From a virus (lineage: Duplodnaviria; Caudoviricetes): DNA of 64,000 nucleotides. Under the pieces are notes generated by a model, which did not search any database, was not told where the DNA came from, and saw only the letters and a program-made list of their open reading frames with translations. Both the position numbers and the translations under genes were made by a program. Positions within the stretch are counted from its first letter, which is position 1. Each line of letters starts with the position of its first letter. The DNA lies in IMG/VR virus record IMGVR_UViG_3300048549_001527; one strand, 5' to 3'. Positions 63,035 through 64,000 of the stretch are shown here, piece after piece.

Positions 63035-63982
63035 ATGGCGGCTAGATCACCATTATATTACAGTGGCGGAGAAATATTAACCGCGACTAATCTTGACACA
63101 GTCGTGGATCAAGTTGTGCGAGCATATGGCCAAAACCCAGGTGTTACGCTTACAGTTGTTTCATCAGGCGGCGATGCAAAATTTGAAATGACTGATACGA
63201 GATACAAAGCAGGCGCGGTTTCAGTCGGCGATGGAGCATATCTTCCAGCAGGACAAACACCTGATATTGAGGCTATAGAAACAACCGCTTCAAATATTAC
63301 AGAAACCGCCGCTTCAGTTACCCAACCCGCTGCTTCTTCTAATCCAAGATCGTTTCCTGTGTATTATAATAATGCCGGCGAAATACAAGCTATGACTGAA
63401 ACTGATTTTATTGATACGTTCATTAAGCCTGCCTTGGACGAAATTGTTGCAAATAATAGTGCAGGCGAATATTTCGTTTCAACTTTGTCTACTATTACCG
63501 GTGCAACAAGAGTTTCAGCTACTCCAATATTTGTTGATACTCGTGCTGATGAAACTTTATATGATGATGTTGGTATTACAGGCGAGACTTTAGATCAGCC
63601 TGAAACAGTAAATTCATATTACTTATTTCAAAGAGATGCAGGTGACACTCAATATGGAGAAACAGGTTGGGTAGATCTTATGTATATTGACACAGATGGT
63701 AGCTTAAGAGTATATAGCGACTCTGATATTTCTGCATTATTTGGTGATTATGTTAGGTATGCGGCTTCAAATACAGTAGGCGCTAGACTTTCTTATAGTA
63801 TTAATGGATCAGGTACAACAAAAGGTACTGGCATGATTGATACCGTTTTGGATGGAACTTCGGCAGAAGGTTATACAGAGGGTGACGTTGATCCAGATAC
63901 AAATTACTACTATGCTCAGGAATTTCCAAACGGCGAGCCTACAGCTTTAACTACATATTATTTAAAACTTACAACATACTAA
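63035..63982 (+). CDS. Putative virion structural protein (paralog of 61842-62816)
   Basis: VSATPIFVDTRA and YYAQEFPNGEP...TYYL. Confidence 0.6.
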   Translation: MAARSPLYYSGGEILTATNLDTVVDQVVRAYGQNPGVTLTVVSSGGDAKFEMTDTRYKAGAVSVGDGAYLPAGQTPDIEAIETTASNITETAASVTQPAASSNPRSFPVYYNNAGEIQAMTETDFIDTFIKPALDEIVANNSAGEYFVSTLSTITGATRVSATPIFVDTRADETLYDDVGITGETLDQPETVNSYYLFQRDAGDTQYGETGWVDLMYIDTDGSLRVYSDSDISALFGDYVRYAASNTVGARLSYSINGSGTTKGTGMIDTVLDGTSAEGYTEGDVDPDTNYYYAQEFPNGEPTALTTYYLKLTTY

Positions 63983-64000
63983 AAGGTGATTATACAATGG

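Noticed and set aside
1-64000. CRISPR array, integrase, transposase or IS element
   Set aside because: No regularly spaced direct repeats or recognisable mobile-element genes seen by eye.

Overview
AT-rich segment of a large T4-like myovirus genome, with no host chromosomal context visible. It carries core replication, recombination and late-transcription genes (41, uvsX, 32, 59, 33, 43, 46, 47, 55, uvsW, uvsY, 39/60, 52), T4-type late promoters (TATAAATA) and sigma70-type early promoters. Host-like genes point to a marine alphaproteobacterial host, probably Rhodobacterales: a permuted two-piece tmRNA, an ATP synthase c subunit, DUF1127, a porin, hemO/pcyX and iscA. Main observations: (1) eight late proteins start with a T4-like capsid-targeting sequence, among them a (p)ppGpp-hydrolase-like HD enzyme, a ligase-like nucleotidyltransferase and a PD-(D/E)XK-like nuclease, which suggests an injected enzyme set; (2) the AtpE keeps its proton-binding Glu but has lost the F1-binding loop; (3) a late operon encodes five signal-peptide proteins (pilin-like and chaperone-like), followed by a lipase and small membrane proteins; (4) early promoters carry a positionally fixed GANTC site (CcrM/GcrA-type); (5) two unassigned structured RNAs flank tRNA-Pro; (6) a Pho box lies upstream of a PiT-like permease. 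Family assignments come from motif recognition only; no database searches were run.
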